Part shown: positions 1 through 9,724 of the stretch, one piece after another | Layout of the letters: each line of letters begins with the position of its first letter | Position numbering within the stretch: the first letter of the stretch is position 1 | Assembly: GCA_964505625.1 (NCBI GenBank) | Contig: CAZDIZ010000002.1 | Span: 9,803-73,802 of the forward strand | Direction of reading: 5' to 3' | Source: an uncultured Solibacteraceae bacterium | GTDB lineage: Bacteria; Acidobacteriota; Terriglobia; Bryobacterales; Bryobacteraceae | Length of the DNA stretch: 64,000 nt | The notes under the pieces: generated by a model | Told to the model about the DNA's origin: nothing | What the model saw: only the letters and a program-made list of their open reading frames with translations | Databases searched by the model: none | Program-made: the position numbers and the translations under genes

Positions 1-1018
1 CTTCCAGCACAAACTTGGCTCTCTGGGAGGTCATTTGATTCTGGCTGCCCAGCGCCTCCACCAGCGCCGCCACCGCCTGGTCCCCACCGATCCGGCCCAA
101 GTCCTCCACGGCGCGTTGGCGCTGCTTCCAATCACCGTCCTTCAACACGCCGAGGAGCCGCGGAAGCTCACTCGAAGCGTGCCGCACCTGCCAGGCAGCG
201 CGTTCGCGACGGTAGTTCGCCAAGGCCTCGGTGGCGCGGTTGTCGCGAGTGAACGCAAGCGCGTCGGCGGCCAGATCCGGCCGGCGGGGCGTGGATTCTT
301 GTTCGAGCGCCGCGAGCAGCGCCAACAGACGCCCAATTACACCTGGATCGCTGGTGTTGATACGTGCGAGCGCCGCCGCGGCGGCAGTCTGCAGCGCGGG
401 TTCGGCCTGGCGGTCTTCCAGAAATCGCGTGAGCCGGGCGGCGACTTCGGGAGTGGGGTGGCGTGCCAACGTCCCGATGATGTCCACTTGAGCAGATGGC
501 TGGGACTTGTCCAAAGCCTCGATCAGTTCACCGGGCGAAGGCGGGTTGACTTTTTCAAGCATCTCGCGGGCCTGCCAACTCACGCGACCGTTCGAATCGG
601 CGGAGAGCTTCTTCAATAGTTCGACCATGGGCGGTTGCACCTTGCCCGCGGCTTGCACCACGTACTCGCGCACTTCCGCGTCAGAGCTGGCGATTGCCCG
701 CGCAATGGATTCGCGCGTCTTGCGGGTGGTCCGGTCCAAACCTCCGGGGCGATCCATGGCCTCGATCAGGTAGCGTCCGGCCCGGCGCGCAGTGTCTGGA
801 TTCGAGTGGCTTAGCGCGCCCGCAAGCGCTTCCATGGCGGCCGGATCGGGGATCTTCGACAAACCGATCAGTGCCTGCGGGTGAGACCGTGCGTCGGAGC
901 TTTCCAACTGTTCGCGCAGGCGGCGGGTTTCGTGGAATTCGGCGGCGTGGGAGGAGGCCAGACCGCAAAAAAGGAAGAGGGCGGGCAGAGCGAGTGTGCC
1001 CGGCAGGTTGGGCCCCAT
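1..1018 (-). CDS. HEAT-repeat protein with N-terminal signal peptide (3' end runs off the window)
   Basis: My own minus-strand translation gives ATG at 1018 -> MGPNLPGTLALPALFLFCGLASSHAAEFHE..., open through position 1. It contains repeated helical units such as LKDGDWKQRQRAVEDLGRIGGDQAVAALVEAL. It is absent from the ORF track because there is no stop in the window. Plus-strand ORFs 35..619 and 694..1119 are R/G-rich antisense artefacts. Confidence 0.7.
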   Translation of the reverse strand, partial: MGPNLPGTLALPALFLFCGLASSHAAEFHETRRLREQLESSDARSHPQALIGLSKIPDPAAMEALAGALSHSNPDTARRAGRYLIEAMDRPGGLDRTTRKTRESIARAIASSDAEVREYVVQAAGKVQPPMVELLKKLSADSNGRVSWQAREMLEKVNPPSPGELIEALDKSQPSAQVDIIGTLARHPTPEVAARLTRFLEDRQAEPALQTAAAAALARINTSDPGVIGRLLALLAALEQESTPRRPDLAADALAFTRDNRATEALANYRRERAAWQVRHASSELPRLLGVLKDGDWKQRQRAVEDLGRIGGDQAVAALVEALGSQNQMTSQRAKFVLE

Positions 1019-1078
1019 GGGGCACAACGCTATCAACCCGCTCCGCCCGCTGTCAAGGACTTACAAGATGCGCGGCTG

Positions 1079-1609
1079 TTAGCCCGCGTTCTTTTTGCTC
1101 AAGGTACGGATCTTGCTGATTTCCTCGGCTGGAATGTGCAGGAACTCCAGGAACTCCTGGTGCTCGCTCGGAGCCGTGCGCTCGAACTCGGCATGCCACC
1201 GCTTCATGTCGTCTTCCGTGAAGCCGGCGGCTTTCATCACGCTAATCCATTTCTCTTTGGTGACCACGTCGTTTCTCCCTAACGGTCTGCTGGACCTTAA
1301 TAGTCTGAATATGGCCCGTTGATGTTCCCGCAACCGCTCGACTTCGAAGTCGATCTCCGCCAGCCGCCGCTTCAGCACGTCCGTCGCGCCTCCGCCCGGC
1401 CGGTCCAGTAGCTCGCGGATATCGGCAAGCTTGACGCCGGCATTGCGGTAGACGCAGATCTGTTCGAGCCGCTGCACGTCCTTTTCGCTATACGCGCGGT
1501 AGTTGCCCGCGGTGCGCGAAGGACGCTTGAGCAGCCCGATGGATTCGTAATAAAGCAGCGTGCCGCGGCTGAGCGAACAACGTCGCGCGAGTTGAGTCAC
1601 GGTCAACAT
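1079..1609 (-). CDS. MerR-family transcriptional regulator
   Basis: N-terminal MerR HTH: MLTVTQLARRCSLSRGTLLYYESIGLL...YRAYSEKDVQRLEQICVYRNAGVKLADIRELL. Start taken at the internal Met (1609) of track ORF 1079..1630. Confidence 0.85.
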   Translation of the reverse strand: MLTVTQLARRCSLSRGTLLYYESIGLLKRPSRTAGNYRAYSEKDVQRLEQICVYRNAGVKLADIRELLDRPGGGATDVLKRRLAEIDFEVERLREHQRAIFRLLRSSRPLGRNDVVTKEKWISVMKAAGFTEDDMKRWHAEFERTAPSEHQEFLEFLHIPAEEISKIRTLSKKNAG

Positions 1610-1622
1610 GGGGCCAGTTCCA

Positions 1623-1653
1623 ACTATCAACCCTACAGTTTTAGACAGGTCAA
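1623..1653 (-). promoter_or_regulatory. Putative promoter of the MerR gene with a 19-bp spacer
   Basis: Minus strand reads TTGACC (1653-1648), a 19-nt spacer, then GATAGT (1628-1623), ending 14 nt upstream of the ATG at 1609. Overlong 19-bp spacers are typical of MerR-regulated promoters. The dyad within the spacer is weak. Confidence 0.3.
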
Positions 1654-2360
1654 GAGATTAGTTTTTCGGCCTCCGGAAGATCCTCCGGGCGCCCGACATC
1701 GCGCCAGGCGCCCTCGATGGGATGTATGCGCACACGCGCGCCGCGGGCGAGCAACTGTTCGACAGCGGTGGGCAGCTCGTATTCGCCGCGCGGCGATTTC
1801 CGAATGGTCGCCAGTTCTTCGAAGATCGAAGCGCGGAAAGCGTACAGGCCAGCGCTGTTCCAGTGTGTGGTGGATGTGCCTTGCGGCGGCTTTTCGATCA
1901 TACGCGTGATGATGCCGTCCTGTTCGTAGACGGCCGCGCCCTGCCAAGGGTCGTCCACCCACTTCACGCCCGCCACGGCTTCGGTCAACGGATCGGATTC
2001 CACACGCGCCGCGATCCCTGAGTAGTCCTCGGCGTTCACTAGAATGTCGCCGAAGGTGAGAAGGAAGCTATCGCTGCCCACGAAGTCGCGCGCCAGGCGC
2101 GTAGCGCCGCCGGTTCCGTCGAGCGTCTCCTGCACACGATAGACGATCCGCATCGGGTAGTCGCGGAAGTGCTGCTCGATCATTTCGCCGCGATATCCGG
2201 TGACGATGAGCGCCTCGCTGAAGCCGGCCGCACGCAGGCGATCGAGTACGTGTTCGAGCATCGGTTTCCCGCCGATCGGGAGCATGGGCTTCGGGCGATC
2301 GTCGGTCAACTGCTTCATGCGCGTGCCGCGCCCGGCGGCGAGTACGACGGCTTTCCTCAC
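1650..2360 (-). CDS. Sugar-phosphate nucleotidyltransferase (NTP_transferase family)
   Basis: VRKAVVLAAGRGTRMKQLTDDRPKPMLPIGGKPMLEHVLDRL is the classic GXGTR(L/M) nucleotidyltransferase N-terminus. The GTG at 2360 is preferred over the track start at 2408. Confidence 0.8.
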   Translation of the reverse strand: MRKAVVLAAGRGTRMKQLTDDRPKPMLPIGGKPMLEHVLDRLRAAGFSEALIVTGYRGEMIEQHFRDYPMRIVYRVQETLDGTGGATRLARDFVGSDSFLLTFGDILVNAEDYSGIAARVESDPLTEAVAGVKWVDDPWQGAAVYEQDGIITRMIEKPPQGTSTTHWNSAGLYAFRASIFEELATIRKSPRGEYELPTAVEQLLARGARVRIHPIEGAWRDVGRPEDLPEAEKLIS

Positions 2361-2386
2361 GAATCCACTATAATCGCGAAGTACCC

Positions 2387-3640
2387 ATGCCTGCCATGAC
2401 ACGAACACGTTGGTGGATTCTGACCCTGCTGTTTTTCATCACCACCATTAATTATCTAGACCGCATTGTGCTGAGCGTATTGATTCCGGTCATCCGCGAG
2501 GACTTGCACATCACCACCGAGCACTACAGTTACGTGACCGGTGCGTTCCAGATGGCCTACACCATCGGCTTTCTGTTCATGGGGCGGTTGATCGACAAGT
2601 ACGGCACGCGGTTCGGTTACGGCGTCGCCATCGCGTTCTGGTCCGCGGCGGCGATGTTGCACGCGCTGGCGCGATCGACGGTTTCGCTGGGGTTTTGGCG
2701 TGCCATGTTGGGCTTGGGCGAGTCGGGGAACTTTCCGGCCGCGGTCAAGGCCGTGACTGAGTGGTTCCCGAAAAAGGACCGCGCGCTGGCCACCGGCTTG
2801 TTCAACGCCGGAACCAATGTGGCGTCGATGATCGGGCCGCCGATGTTCGTGTGGATGAACTCGCACTTCGGGTGGCGTGGCAGTTTCGCCATTACCGGCG
2901 GCTTGGGATTTGTGTGGCTGATTCTCTGGCTGCTGCTGTACCGGACTCCGGAAATGCACCCACACGTGAACAAGGCCGAGTTGGATTACATACGCAGCGA
3001 CGGACAGGAATCGAAAACGCAGATCCCCATGAGTTGGGGCGAGGTCCTGCGCTACAAGCAGACGTTCGCGTTTGCGCTGGCCAAGTTTCTCACCGATCCG
3101 GTGTGGTGGTTCTATCTGTTCTGGCTGCCGCCGTATCTCTACGACGTCCGCAAGTTCCAGTTGACCGACATTGCCTGGGCCCTGCCGGTGATCTATCTGA
3201 TGGCGGATTTTGGCAGCGTCGCCGGCGGTTGGATTTCGGGCCACTTTATCCGGATAGGGTGGACGCACGCGCGGGCGCGCAAGGTGAGCATGGCCATAGC
3301 GGCGTTTGTAATGCCAGTGGCGGCCACGGCCGTCATCGCGCCGAACGCCGTGCTGGTAGTGGCGCTGGTGAGCCTGGCAACGGCGGGACATCAGGCGTGG
3401 TCCGCGAATCTGTACACCACCACGACGGATGTGTTCCCCAAGCGCGCCGTGGCTTCGGTGACCGGCATCGGCGGCTGCGCGGGCGGCTTGGGCGGCGTGA
3501 TTATTTCGGCGTTGGTGCCCGGCTTCGTCATCACGCATTTTGGCTACAAGCCAGTATTCTTCCTGATGGGAGTGCTGCACCTCATATCGCTGTTCTTTGT
3601 GCATCGCATGATGGGCGATATGAAGCCGGTCGAAGAATAG
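2387..3640 (+). CDS. MFS transporter (ACS/hexuronate-transporter-like)
   Basis: 417 aa, about 12 hydrophobic segments. N-terminus RWWILTLLFFITTINYLDRIVLSVLIPVIREDL resembles ExuT/ACS-family MFS transporters. Confidence 0.8.
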   Translation: MPAMTRTRWWILTLLFFITTINYLDRIVLSVLIPVIREDLHITTEHYSYVTGAFQMAYTIGFLFMGRLIDKYGTRFGYGVAIAFWSAAAMLHALARSTVSLGFWRAMLGLGESGNFPAAVKAVTEWFPKKDRALATGLFNAGTNVASMIGPPMFVWMNSHFGWRGSFAITGGLGFVWLILWLLLYRTPEMHPHVNKAELDYIRSDGQESKTQIPMSWGEVLRYKQTFAFALAKFLTDPVWWFYLFWLPPYLYDVRKFQLTDIAWALPVIYLMADFGSVAGGWISGHFIRIGWTHARARKVSMAIAAFVMPVAATAVIAPNAVLVVALVSLATAGHQAWSANLYTTTTDVFPKRAVASVTGIGGCAGGLGGVIISALVPGFVITHFGYKPVFFLMGVLHLISLFFVHRMMGDMKPVEE

Positions 3641-3689
3641 GCCTGGGCCGCGCTAACATAAACGAATAACGCGAGACGCGGAGTACCGA

Positions 3690-4586
3690 ATGGCTCAACC
3701 AAACAAGATCATCCTCGAAACCGATTTGCCGGGTGTCACACGCCGCGCCCGGGGTAAGGTCAGGGACGTTTATGAGATCGACGACAAGGTCTTGATCGTC
3801 GCCACTGATCGCATTTCTGCGTTCGACTACATTCTGCCCACCGGCATTCCCGATAAGGGACGTGTGCTGACGCAACTGAGCGTGTTCTGGTTCGATTTCC
3901 TCGGTAAGTTGGCGCCGAACCATTTCCTGACGGCGAACGTGGACGAGTATCCGGACCCGTTGCCGCGCTATCGCGATCAACTCGAAGGCCGCTCAATGCT
4001 GGTGAAGCGCGCCAAGATGGTCGAGGTTGAGTGCGTGGCGCGAGGGTACCTGTCCGGCTCCGGCTGGAAGGAATATCAGAAGAGCCAGAGCGTGTGCGGC
4101 ATCGCGCTGCCGCCGGGCTTGAAGGAAAGCGACAAGTTGCCCGGGCCGATCTTCACGCCGTCCACCAAGGCGCAGAGCGGCCACGATCAGAACATCTCGA
4201 TCGAGGAAGCCAAGCAGATGGTGGGCGCCGAGACCGCCACGAAGCTGCGCGACCTCACCTTGTCCATCTACACGCGCGCGGCCGAATACGCGCTCACGCG
4301 CGGCATCATCATCGCCGACACCAAGTTCGAATTCGGCTTCGTGGACGGCGAACTGATACTGGCAGATGAAGTGCTGACGCCGGATTCGTCGCGCTTCTGG
4401 CCGCTGGCAGGCTACGCGCCCGGCGGTGCGCAGCCTTCGTTCGATAAGCAGTACGTCCGGGATTACCTCGAATCGATTCGCTGGAACAAACAACCACCCG
4501 CGCCCCCACTGCCGGAAGAGGTTGCCGGCAAAACCAGCGAGAAGTACACGGAGGCGTACCGGGTTCTCACCGGGAAGAATTTGTGA
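3690..4586 (+). CDS. purC: Phosphoribosylaminoimidazole-succinocarboxamide (SAICAR) synthase
   Basis: [44 protein letters not shown] and ADTKFEFG are PurC signatures. Confidence 0.92.
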   Translation: MAQPNKIILETDLPGVTRRARGKVRDVYEIDDKVLIVATDRISAFDYILPTGIPDKGRVLTQLSVFWFDFLGKLAPNHFLTANVDEYPDPLPRYRDQLEGRSMLVKRAKMVEVECVARGYLSGSGWKEYQKSQSVCGIALPPGLKESDKLPGPIFTPSTKAQSGHDQNISIEEAKQMVGAETATKLRDLTLSIYTRAAEYALTRGIIIADTKFEFGFVDGELILADEVLTPDSSRFWPLAGYAPGGAQPSFDKQYVRDYLESIRWNKQPPAPPLPEEVAGKTSEKYTEAYRVLTGKNL

Positions 4587-5152
4587 ACTGGCTGGACATC
4601 GTCCTGGCAATTGTCCTGATCGCGAGCGTTGCGGCGGGACTGGCGAAAGGATTGGCCCGCACGGTGGTAGGTTTTGTGGCCTGCATCGTCGGTCTGTTGT
4701 GCGGCTTCTGGTTTCACGGCACCGCGGGATCATTTCTGATTCCGTACGTCAGCTCGCGCGGCATCGCCAACTGCATCGGATTCTTTCTGGTGTTTTTCGG
4801 CGCGATGATTGCCGGTGCGCTGCTGGGCCGCTTGCTCGCCATGGTCTTCAAGTGGGCGGGGTTGGGTTGGCTGGACCGGTTGCTGGGCGGTGCATTTGGA
4901 TTGGTGCGCGGCGCGCTGATCGCGGCCGTGATCGTGATGGCGATGCTCGCGTTCACCACCACGCCTCCGCCGCATGCGGTGGTCGGTTCGCGCATTGCGC
5001 CGTACGTGTTGGAAGCGGCGCATGTGATGGCGGCCGCGGCGCCGCGTGAATTACGCGACGGGGTTCGGCGGGGGTACGAGAAAGTGAAGCAGGTCTGGTC
5101 GGATACACTGAAGAAGAAGAGTGTCCAAAGCGTAACCCCCGAGGGAGCCTAG
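4583..5152 (+). CDS. cvpA: CvpA-family membrane protein
   Basis: [28 protein letters not shown]... with four TM segments. GTGA overlap with the purC stop. cvpA next to pur genes is a common arrangement. Confidence 0.75.
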   Translation: MNWLDIVLAIVLIASVAAGLAKGLARTVVGFVACIVGLLCGFWFHGTAGSFLIPYVSSRGIANCIGFFLVFFGAMIAGALLGRLLAMVFKWAGLGWLDRLLGGAFGLVRGALIAAVIVMAMLAFTTTPPPHAVVGSRIAPYVLEAAHVMAAAAPRELRDGVRRGYEKVKQVWSDTLKKKSVQSVTPEGA

Positions 5153-5157
5153 TCGTT

Positions 5158-5826
5158 TTGATTCAACCCGGAAGTATCGAACTGCTGATTTTCGACCTTG
5201 ACGGCACACTGATTGATTCCAAGCAAGACCTGGCGCACGCGGTGAACGCCGCGCGCCGCCACATGGGTCTTCAACCGATCCAGGACGAACTTGTTTATTC
5301 GTACGTGGGCAATGGCGCGCCCACGCTGATGCGCCGCGTCATGGGGCCGGAAGCGAGCGAGGAGGAAGTGAAAACCGCGCTCGAGTACTTTATGGCCTAC
5401 TACAAAGACCATATGCTCGATTGCACGACGCTTTATCCGGGCGTGCGCGAGGCGCTGGACGCGTTGCACGCTGCCGGAATGCGCATGTGCGTGCTTACGA
5501 ACAAGCCGGTCCGTTTCAGCGAGCTTCTGGTGCAGGGCCTGGGGCTGGGCGAGCATTTCTTCCGCGTCTACGGCGGCAACAGTTTCGAGCAGAAGAAGCC
5601 GGACCCGGAAGGCGTGTACAAATTGCTGGAAGAGGCCGGCGTCGGGCGCGAGCGCGCCATGATGGTGGGCGACAGCGACGTGGATGTGCGCACCGCGCGC
5701 AACGCGGGCATTGTGGCTTGCGGCGTCACCTACGGTTTTCAGCCGGAGACGCTCGATGCGGCGCCGCCCGACATTCGCGTGGACGATATGCGCGAGCTGC
5801 TGCCGATGTTGTTGGGAAAGAGCTGA
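5158..5826 (+). CDS. HAD-superfamily hydrolase, phosphoglycolate-phosphatase-like
   Basis: HAD motif I LLIFDLDGTLIDS, motif IV MVGDSDVDVRTARNAG, overall Gph-like layout. Confidence 0.8.
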   Translation: MIQPGSIELLIFDLDGTLIDSKQDLAHAVNAARRHMGLQPIQDELVYSYVGNGAPTLMRRVMGPEASEEEVKTALEYFMAYYKDHMLDCTTLYPGVREALDALHAAGMRMCVLTNKPVRFSELLVQGLGLGEHFFRVYGGNSFEQKKPDPEGVYKLLEEAGVGRERAMMVGDSDVDVRTARNAGIVACGVTYGFQPETLDAAPPDIRVDDMRELLPMLLGKS

Positions 5827-5847
5827 ACAGGAGATCTTGAGGAGAGT

Positions 5848-6036
5848 ATGAATTTCAAACCCGGAGCCAAAGTAGAAAAGACCGGCGTGTATTGGTGCAC
5901 GGTGTGTAAGACGCCGGCCCGCTTCACCGAAGGCCAGGTGTTTCCGAGCTGCCAAAACATGTGCGGCCGCGGTAACTGGCATCCGGTGGACGCCAGCGCG
6001 CGGCCGCAGCAACAAAGCGAGACGAGCGAAGCCTAG
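5848..6036 (+). CDS. Small zinc-ribbon protein (62 aa), hypothetical
   Basis: Good SD (GAGGAGAGT-ATG). CxxC (WCTVCK) plus CxxxC (SCQNMCG) metal-binding-like pairs. Its end overlaps the convergent gene by 4 nt. Confidence 0.55.
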   Translation: MNFKPGAKVEKTGVYWCTVCKTPARFTEGQVFPSCQNMCGRGNWHPVDASARPQQQSETSEA

Positions 6037-7187
6037 AATTCCTCGGTGGCCACCCAGGCTTGCTTCTGGGCGCTTTCGAGCACCTTGCCGAGCAAATACA
6101 TGCCACGCAGGCCGTCGGCGAAGGTCGGATACTCGACCGGGGCCGAGCGGTCGGCCACGGTGCGGTAGAAGCGGCGATAGACCATCTTGTGGGCGTCGTC
6201 GTAGCCTTCCGAGTGTCCGCCGGGCAGGTCGGCGTAAGAGCGCGCTTCCGGCAGCATGAGCGCGGGGTCCTTCACCAACAAGCCGTTCGGCGTGTCGCGG
6301 CGGCCGATCCAAAGCTGGTCGGGCGATTCCTGATTCCAGATCACGCCGCACTTGGTGCCGAAGATTTCCATCTGCAAGCGGTTCTTGCAGCCGGCCGACA
6401 TCTGGCTGACGGTGTAAGCGCCGCGGGTGCGGTCGCCCAGGTGCAGTAGAACGGCGCCGTAGTCGTCGGTGTCGATGTCGACTTCCTCGCGGTCGTCCAC
6501 CTTCGCCATCTTGCTTTCAAACGCCTGCAGCGCGCCGGCGCGGGGCTTCTTGCGCTTCTTCAGGAACGTCTGCAAGTCGGCGCAGAGCGAAGTGATGCGC
6601 TGGCCGGTGATGTGCTGGACCATGTCCATCCAGTGCGAGCCGATGTCGCCCATGCAGCGCAGCGCGCCGCCTTCCTTGGACACGATGCGCCAGTTCCAAT
6701 CGGTGTCATAGAGCAGCCAATCCTGCGAGTAGGTACCTTGCACCACCAGGATGTCGCCCAGTTCGCCGGCCTGAACCATGCGGCGCATCTGCTGGACGGC
6801 CGGGTAGTAGCGCAGGTTGTGGTTGGTGCAGTTGGCGACGTTTTGCTTCTTGGCGATCTCGACCAGTTCCTTGGCTTCGTCGAGCGTGTTGGTCAGCGGC
6901 TTTTCGCACAACACGTGCTTGCCGGCCAGCATGGCGGCCTTGGCGATGGGGTAGTGCAGATTGTTCGGCGTGCAAATGTGCACGGCCTCGATTTTCGGAT
7001 CGGCGACGATCTCCTTCCAATCGCCGCTGGTGCGTTCGACACCCACGGCCTCTCCGAACGCCGCGCCTTCCTTGGCGTCGACGCCACAGACGGCGGCGAT
7101 TTCGACATTCGGCTGCCGGCGAATAGCTTCGGCGTGTACCTTGCCCATGAACCCGGCGCCGATCACGGCGGTTTGTATCTTTCGCAT
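6033..7187 (-). CDS. Gfo/Idh/MocA-family oxidoreductase (cytoplasmic)
   Basis: MRKIQTAVIGAGFMGKVHAEAIRR Rossmann N-terminus preceded by a GGAGAG SD. The track ORF extends to 7481, but that extension is R/P-rich and unlikely to be coding. Confidence 0.85.
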   Translation of the reverse strand: MRKIQTAVIGAGFMGKVHAEAIRRQPNVEIAAVCGVDAKEGAAFGEAVGVERTSGDWKEIVADPKIEAVHICTPNNLHYPIAKAAMLAGKHVLCEKPLTNTLDEAKELVEIAKKQNVANCTNHNLRYYPAVQQMRRMVQAGELGDILVVQGTYSQDWLLYDTDWNWRIVSKEGGALRCMGDIGSHWMDMVQHITGQRITSLCADLQTFLKKRKKPRAGALQAFESKMAKVDDREEVDIDTDDYGAVLLHLGDRTRGAYTVSQMSAGCKNRLQMEIFGTKCGVIWNQESPDQLWIGRRDTPNGLLVKDPALMLPEARSYADLPGGHSEGYDDAHKMVYRRFYRTVADRSAPVEYPTFADGLRGMYLLGKVLESAQKQAWVATEEF

Positions 7188-7266
7188 AGTCTCTCCTTCG
7201 ATCGATGAATGCTGCTTCCAGCCAATGTATCGCAATTGCTGGTAGAGTGAAAGTTGGTAGGGAGAA

Positions 7267-7551
7267 ATGCTGATTCGGATACGTTTGCGGCGTGGCCCAG
7301 CGGTCCGGAGAAGACGGGGAAAGGACCGGAAGCTCGCGCTTGCTCTGGGAAGCCTGCTGACGCCGCTGGCCTTGATGGCAGCCGGATTGGGGGCGTGGAG
7401 GTTGGGAGCGGATCTCAACTGGACCGGGCAGTTTGCGATTTCCGAGGGACTCTTCTCGCACTGGCAGGTTTGGGTGGCCATGGCGGCGGTCCTTCAAATG
7501 AGTTCCACCCTGTTGATCCGTTACGGACGCGGCGGGACACCCGCCGGATAG
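7267..7551 (+). CDS. Hypothetical small membrane protein (94 aa)
   Basis: Basic N-terminus followed by two hydrophobic segments (LALALGSLLTPLALMAAGLGAW; WQVWVAMAAVLQM). A competing frame, 7254..7592, looks less protein-like. Confidence 0.4.
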   Translation: MLIRIRLRRGPAVRRRRGKDRKLALALGSLLTPLALMAAGLGAWRLGADLNWTGQFAISEGLFSHWQVWVAMAAVLQMSSTLLIRYGRGGTPAG

Positions 7552-7610
7552 AAGCGAGAGAACGCGGCGCTTGGATGCACTTGTTAGGTTGAGCTGAGAA
7601 TCTTTCTGGA

Positions 7611-8363
7611 ATGGCCTATCCTGCCAGACATCGGACCACGAGTTACTTTTCGCCGCGTCTGTTCCCTCCCGGCGTGAAGTGGCTGCTGATCGTAAATATT
7701 GCCCTTTTTGTCCTGTATTTCGTCGCCGTCCGTTTCGATTTTGGCGACATTTTCCAGCACTTTGCCCTGGTGCCGGGAGCGGTCATTCATCTGCTGGCGT
7801 TCTGGCAGTTGGTGACCTACATGTTCCTGCACGATCCGGGTGGGTTCTCGCACATCCTGTTCAACATGCTGACGCTGTGGATGTTTGGAGTAGACCTGGA
7901 GCGGGATTGGGGCACGCGGCGTTTCCTGCGCTACTACTTCCTGTGCGGCATCGGCGCGGGCCTGTGCGTGGTGGTGGCCAACTGGATTGCGGGCAGCCTG
8001 GGCGCGCGCACCATTGGTAGTTCCGGCGCCATCTACGGTTTGCTGCTCGCCTTCGGGATGCTCTATCCGGACCGTGTGGTCCTGTTCAGCTTCCTGTTCC
8101 CGATCAAGGCCAAGTACTTCGTGATGATCCTGGGCGCCATCGATTTCCTGAGTTCGCTCGGCGCCAGCGACAGCGGCGTCAGCCACGTGGCGCACCTGGG
8201 CGGGTTGTTGGTGGGCTACATCTACCTCAAGCACGGCCGCTACGCGCTGGACCCGGTGGCAGGCTTCATCCGCGCCTACGAGGCGTGGAAGTTCCGCCGC
8301 GCCAAGAGCCGCTTCCAGCGCTACCTGCACAAGCACCGCGGCGGCAACGGCCGCGTTAACTAA
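7611..8363 (+). CDS. Rhomboid-family intramembrane serine protease
   Basis: Catalytic-Ser motif GSSGAIYGLL and catalytic-His region VAHLGGLLVGY; HxxxN-like HILFNMLTLWMFG. Confidence 0.88.
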   Translation: MAYPARHRTTSYFSPRLFPPGVKWLLIVNIALFVLYFVAVRFDFGDIFQHFALVPGAVIHLLAFWQLVTYMFLHDPGGFSHILFNMLTLWMFGVDLERDWGTRRFLRYYFLCGIGAGLCVVVANWIAGSLGARTIGSSGAIYGLLLAFGMLYPDRVVLFSFLFPIKAKYFVMILGAIDFLSSLGASDSGVSHVAHLGGLLVGYIYLKHGRYALDPVAGFIRAYEAWKFRRAKSRFQRYLHKHRGGNGRVN

Positions 8364-8438
8364 CATTTAACGCCGTAACATGCGTGCGGGCCGGCACGTC
8401 TAACCGACGGTGCTATATTTGGGCATGAGGGACTCGCG

Positions 8439-9569
8439 ATGAATATCCCACGTTTGGCTTCCCTATTGGCAGTCGCACTACTGGTGTGGACTCCGGCGAC
8501 ATTCGCGCAGGAAGGACCGCGCAAGGAGGGTAGCGAAACCGTCGCCCGCCCGCGCAAGAAGGGCGCCGAGGCTGAAGCGGAAGCGGCCAAGATTCCCTCC
8601 AAGCTCTCGAAGAAGGATCGGCCCGCCCTGCCCGACGGCGTGCCGACCTTCCGCAGCGATGTGAACACGGTGAGCGTCGAAGTGGCTGTGCTCGACAACA
8701 AGGGCCGCTTCATCCCGGGCATCCCGCGCGGCAATTTCCGCGTACTTGAAGACGGCGTTCCGCAGCAGGTCAGCACGTTCGGTTTGGGCGAAGCGCCCAT
8801 GACCGTCTGCATGGTGGTGGAGTTCAACAATCTCTATCAGAGCTACTGGACTGAGAGCTGGTATCAGACCCTGACCGCCGCCTACGGGTTCCTGGAGACG
8901 CTGCGGCCCGAAGATTACGTTGCGGTGGTGGCTTACGACTTGCGGCCGGAGATCCTCTCGGATTTCTCGACCGATAAGCGTGCCGCCTACGAAGCCATGC
9001 AGCGTTTGCGCTTCGCCGCGTACTCGGAAGCGAACCTCTACGACGCCGTCACCGACACGGCCGAGCGTATGAAAGACATCGAAGGCCGCAAGGCCATCGT
9101 GCTGATCGCTTCCGGCGTGGACACTTTCAGTAAGATCACCTTCGATAAAACACGTAAGATCCTTCAGGAAGCCGCCGTGCCGATTTACGCGATTGGCCTG
9201 ATGCAGGCACTCAGGGATTACTACGACGCACGCGGCGCCATGGACAGCATCGTGCGCATGGACTTCCTGCAGGCCGACAATCAGATGCGCACCTTCGCCA
9301 AGGAAACCGGCGGCCAGAGTTTCTTCCCGCGTTTCTACGGCGAATTTCCGGGCATCTTCCGCGCCATCGCGAATTCGCTGCGGAACCAGTACTCACTGGC
9401 GTACCAACCAACCAACCAGGCTCGCGACGGCAAGTTCCGTAAGATCAAGGTCGAACTGGTGAATCCCGCCACCAACGAACCGCTCCGCATCGTCGACGAA
9501 AAGAAGAAGCCGATCAAGTACACCGTCATCGCCAAAGCTGGCTACACGGCTCCGCGAGAAGTGGAGTAG
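8439..9569 (+). CDS. Secreted VWA-domain protein (VWFA-related acidobacterial type)
   Basis: Signal peptide MNIPRLASLLAVALLVWTPATFAQ. Layout matches my memory of the TIGR03436-type family (FRSDVNTVSVEVAVLDNKGRFIPGI..., then a VWA core). Confidence 0.7.
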   Translation: MNIPRLASLLAVALLVWTPATFAQEGPRKEGSETVARPRKKGAEAEAEAAKIPSKLSKKDRPALPDGVPTFRSDVNTVSVEVAVLDNKGRFIPGIPRGNFRVLEDGVPQQVSTFGLGEAPMTVCMVVEFNNLYQSYWTESWYQTLTAAYGFLETLRPEDYVAVVAYDLRPEILSDFSTDKRAAYEAMQRLRFAAYSEANLYDAVTDTAERMKDIEGRKAIVLIASGVDTFSKITFDKTRKILQEAAVPIYAIGLMQALRDYYDARGAMDSIVRMDFLQADNQMRTFAKETGGQSFFPRFYGEFPGIFRAIANSLRNQYSLAYQPTNQARDGKFRKIKVELVNPATNEPLRIVDEKKKPIKYTVIAKAGYTAPREVE

Positions 9570-9724
9570 CGCGCAATTTCCAGCGCGTACACCCGAGTGG
9601 ATCTGTCCGCAAAAACCGGAACAACACCACTCGCGGAAGTCAAGAATTCGATCTTTCTGTTTTTCAATTCGATACAAAACGATTGACAGTTCAATTTCAG
9701 CTTTGTTACCTTTCGAGAGTTCTC

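Noticed and set aside
2369-2374. Perfect TATAAT 13 nt upstream of the MFS transporter ATG
   Set aside because: There is no acceptable -35 at 16-18 nt spacing (GACGGC/ACGGCT). It would imply a nearly leaderless mRNA. Possible, but unsupported.
2456-3604. 382-aa ORF antisense to the MFS transporter. Similar antisense ORFs occur at 10570..11820, 13527..14714, 35936..36883, 40434..41624, 50137..51156, 51594..52784 and 53122..54030.
   Set aside because: All are Arg/Gly/His-rich mirror ORFs opposite genes with recognisable domains.
5149-6351. 400-aa minus-strand ORF antisense to the HAD hydrolase and zinc-ribbon genes
   Set aside because: R/A/H-rich shadow ORF. The plus-strand genes carry canonical HAD motifs and a good SD.
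6033-7481. N-terminal 98-residue extension of the Gfo/Idh/MocA ORF
   Set aside because: The extension is P/R/S-rich. The canonical Rossmann N-terminus MRKIQTAVIGAGFMG follows a GGAGAG SD at 7187.
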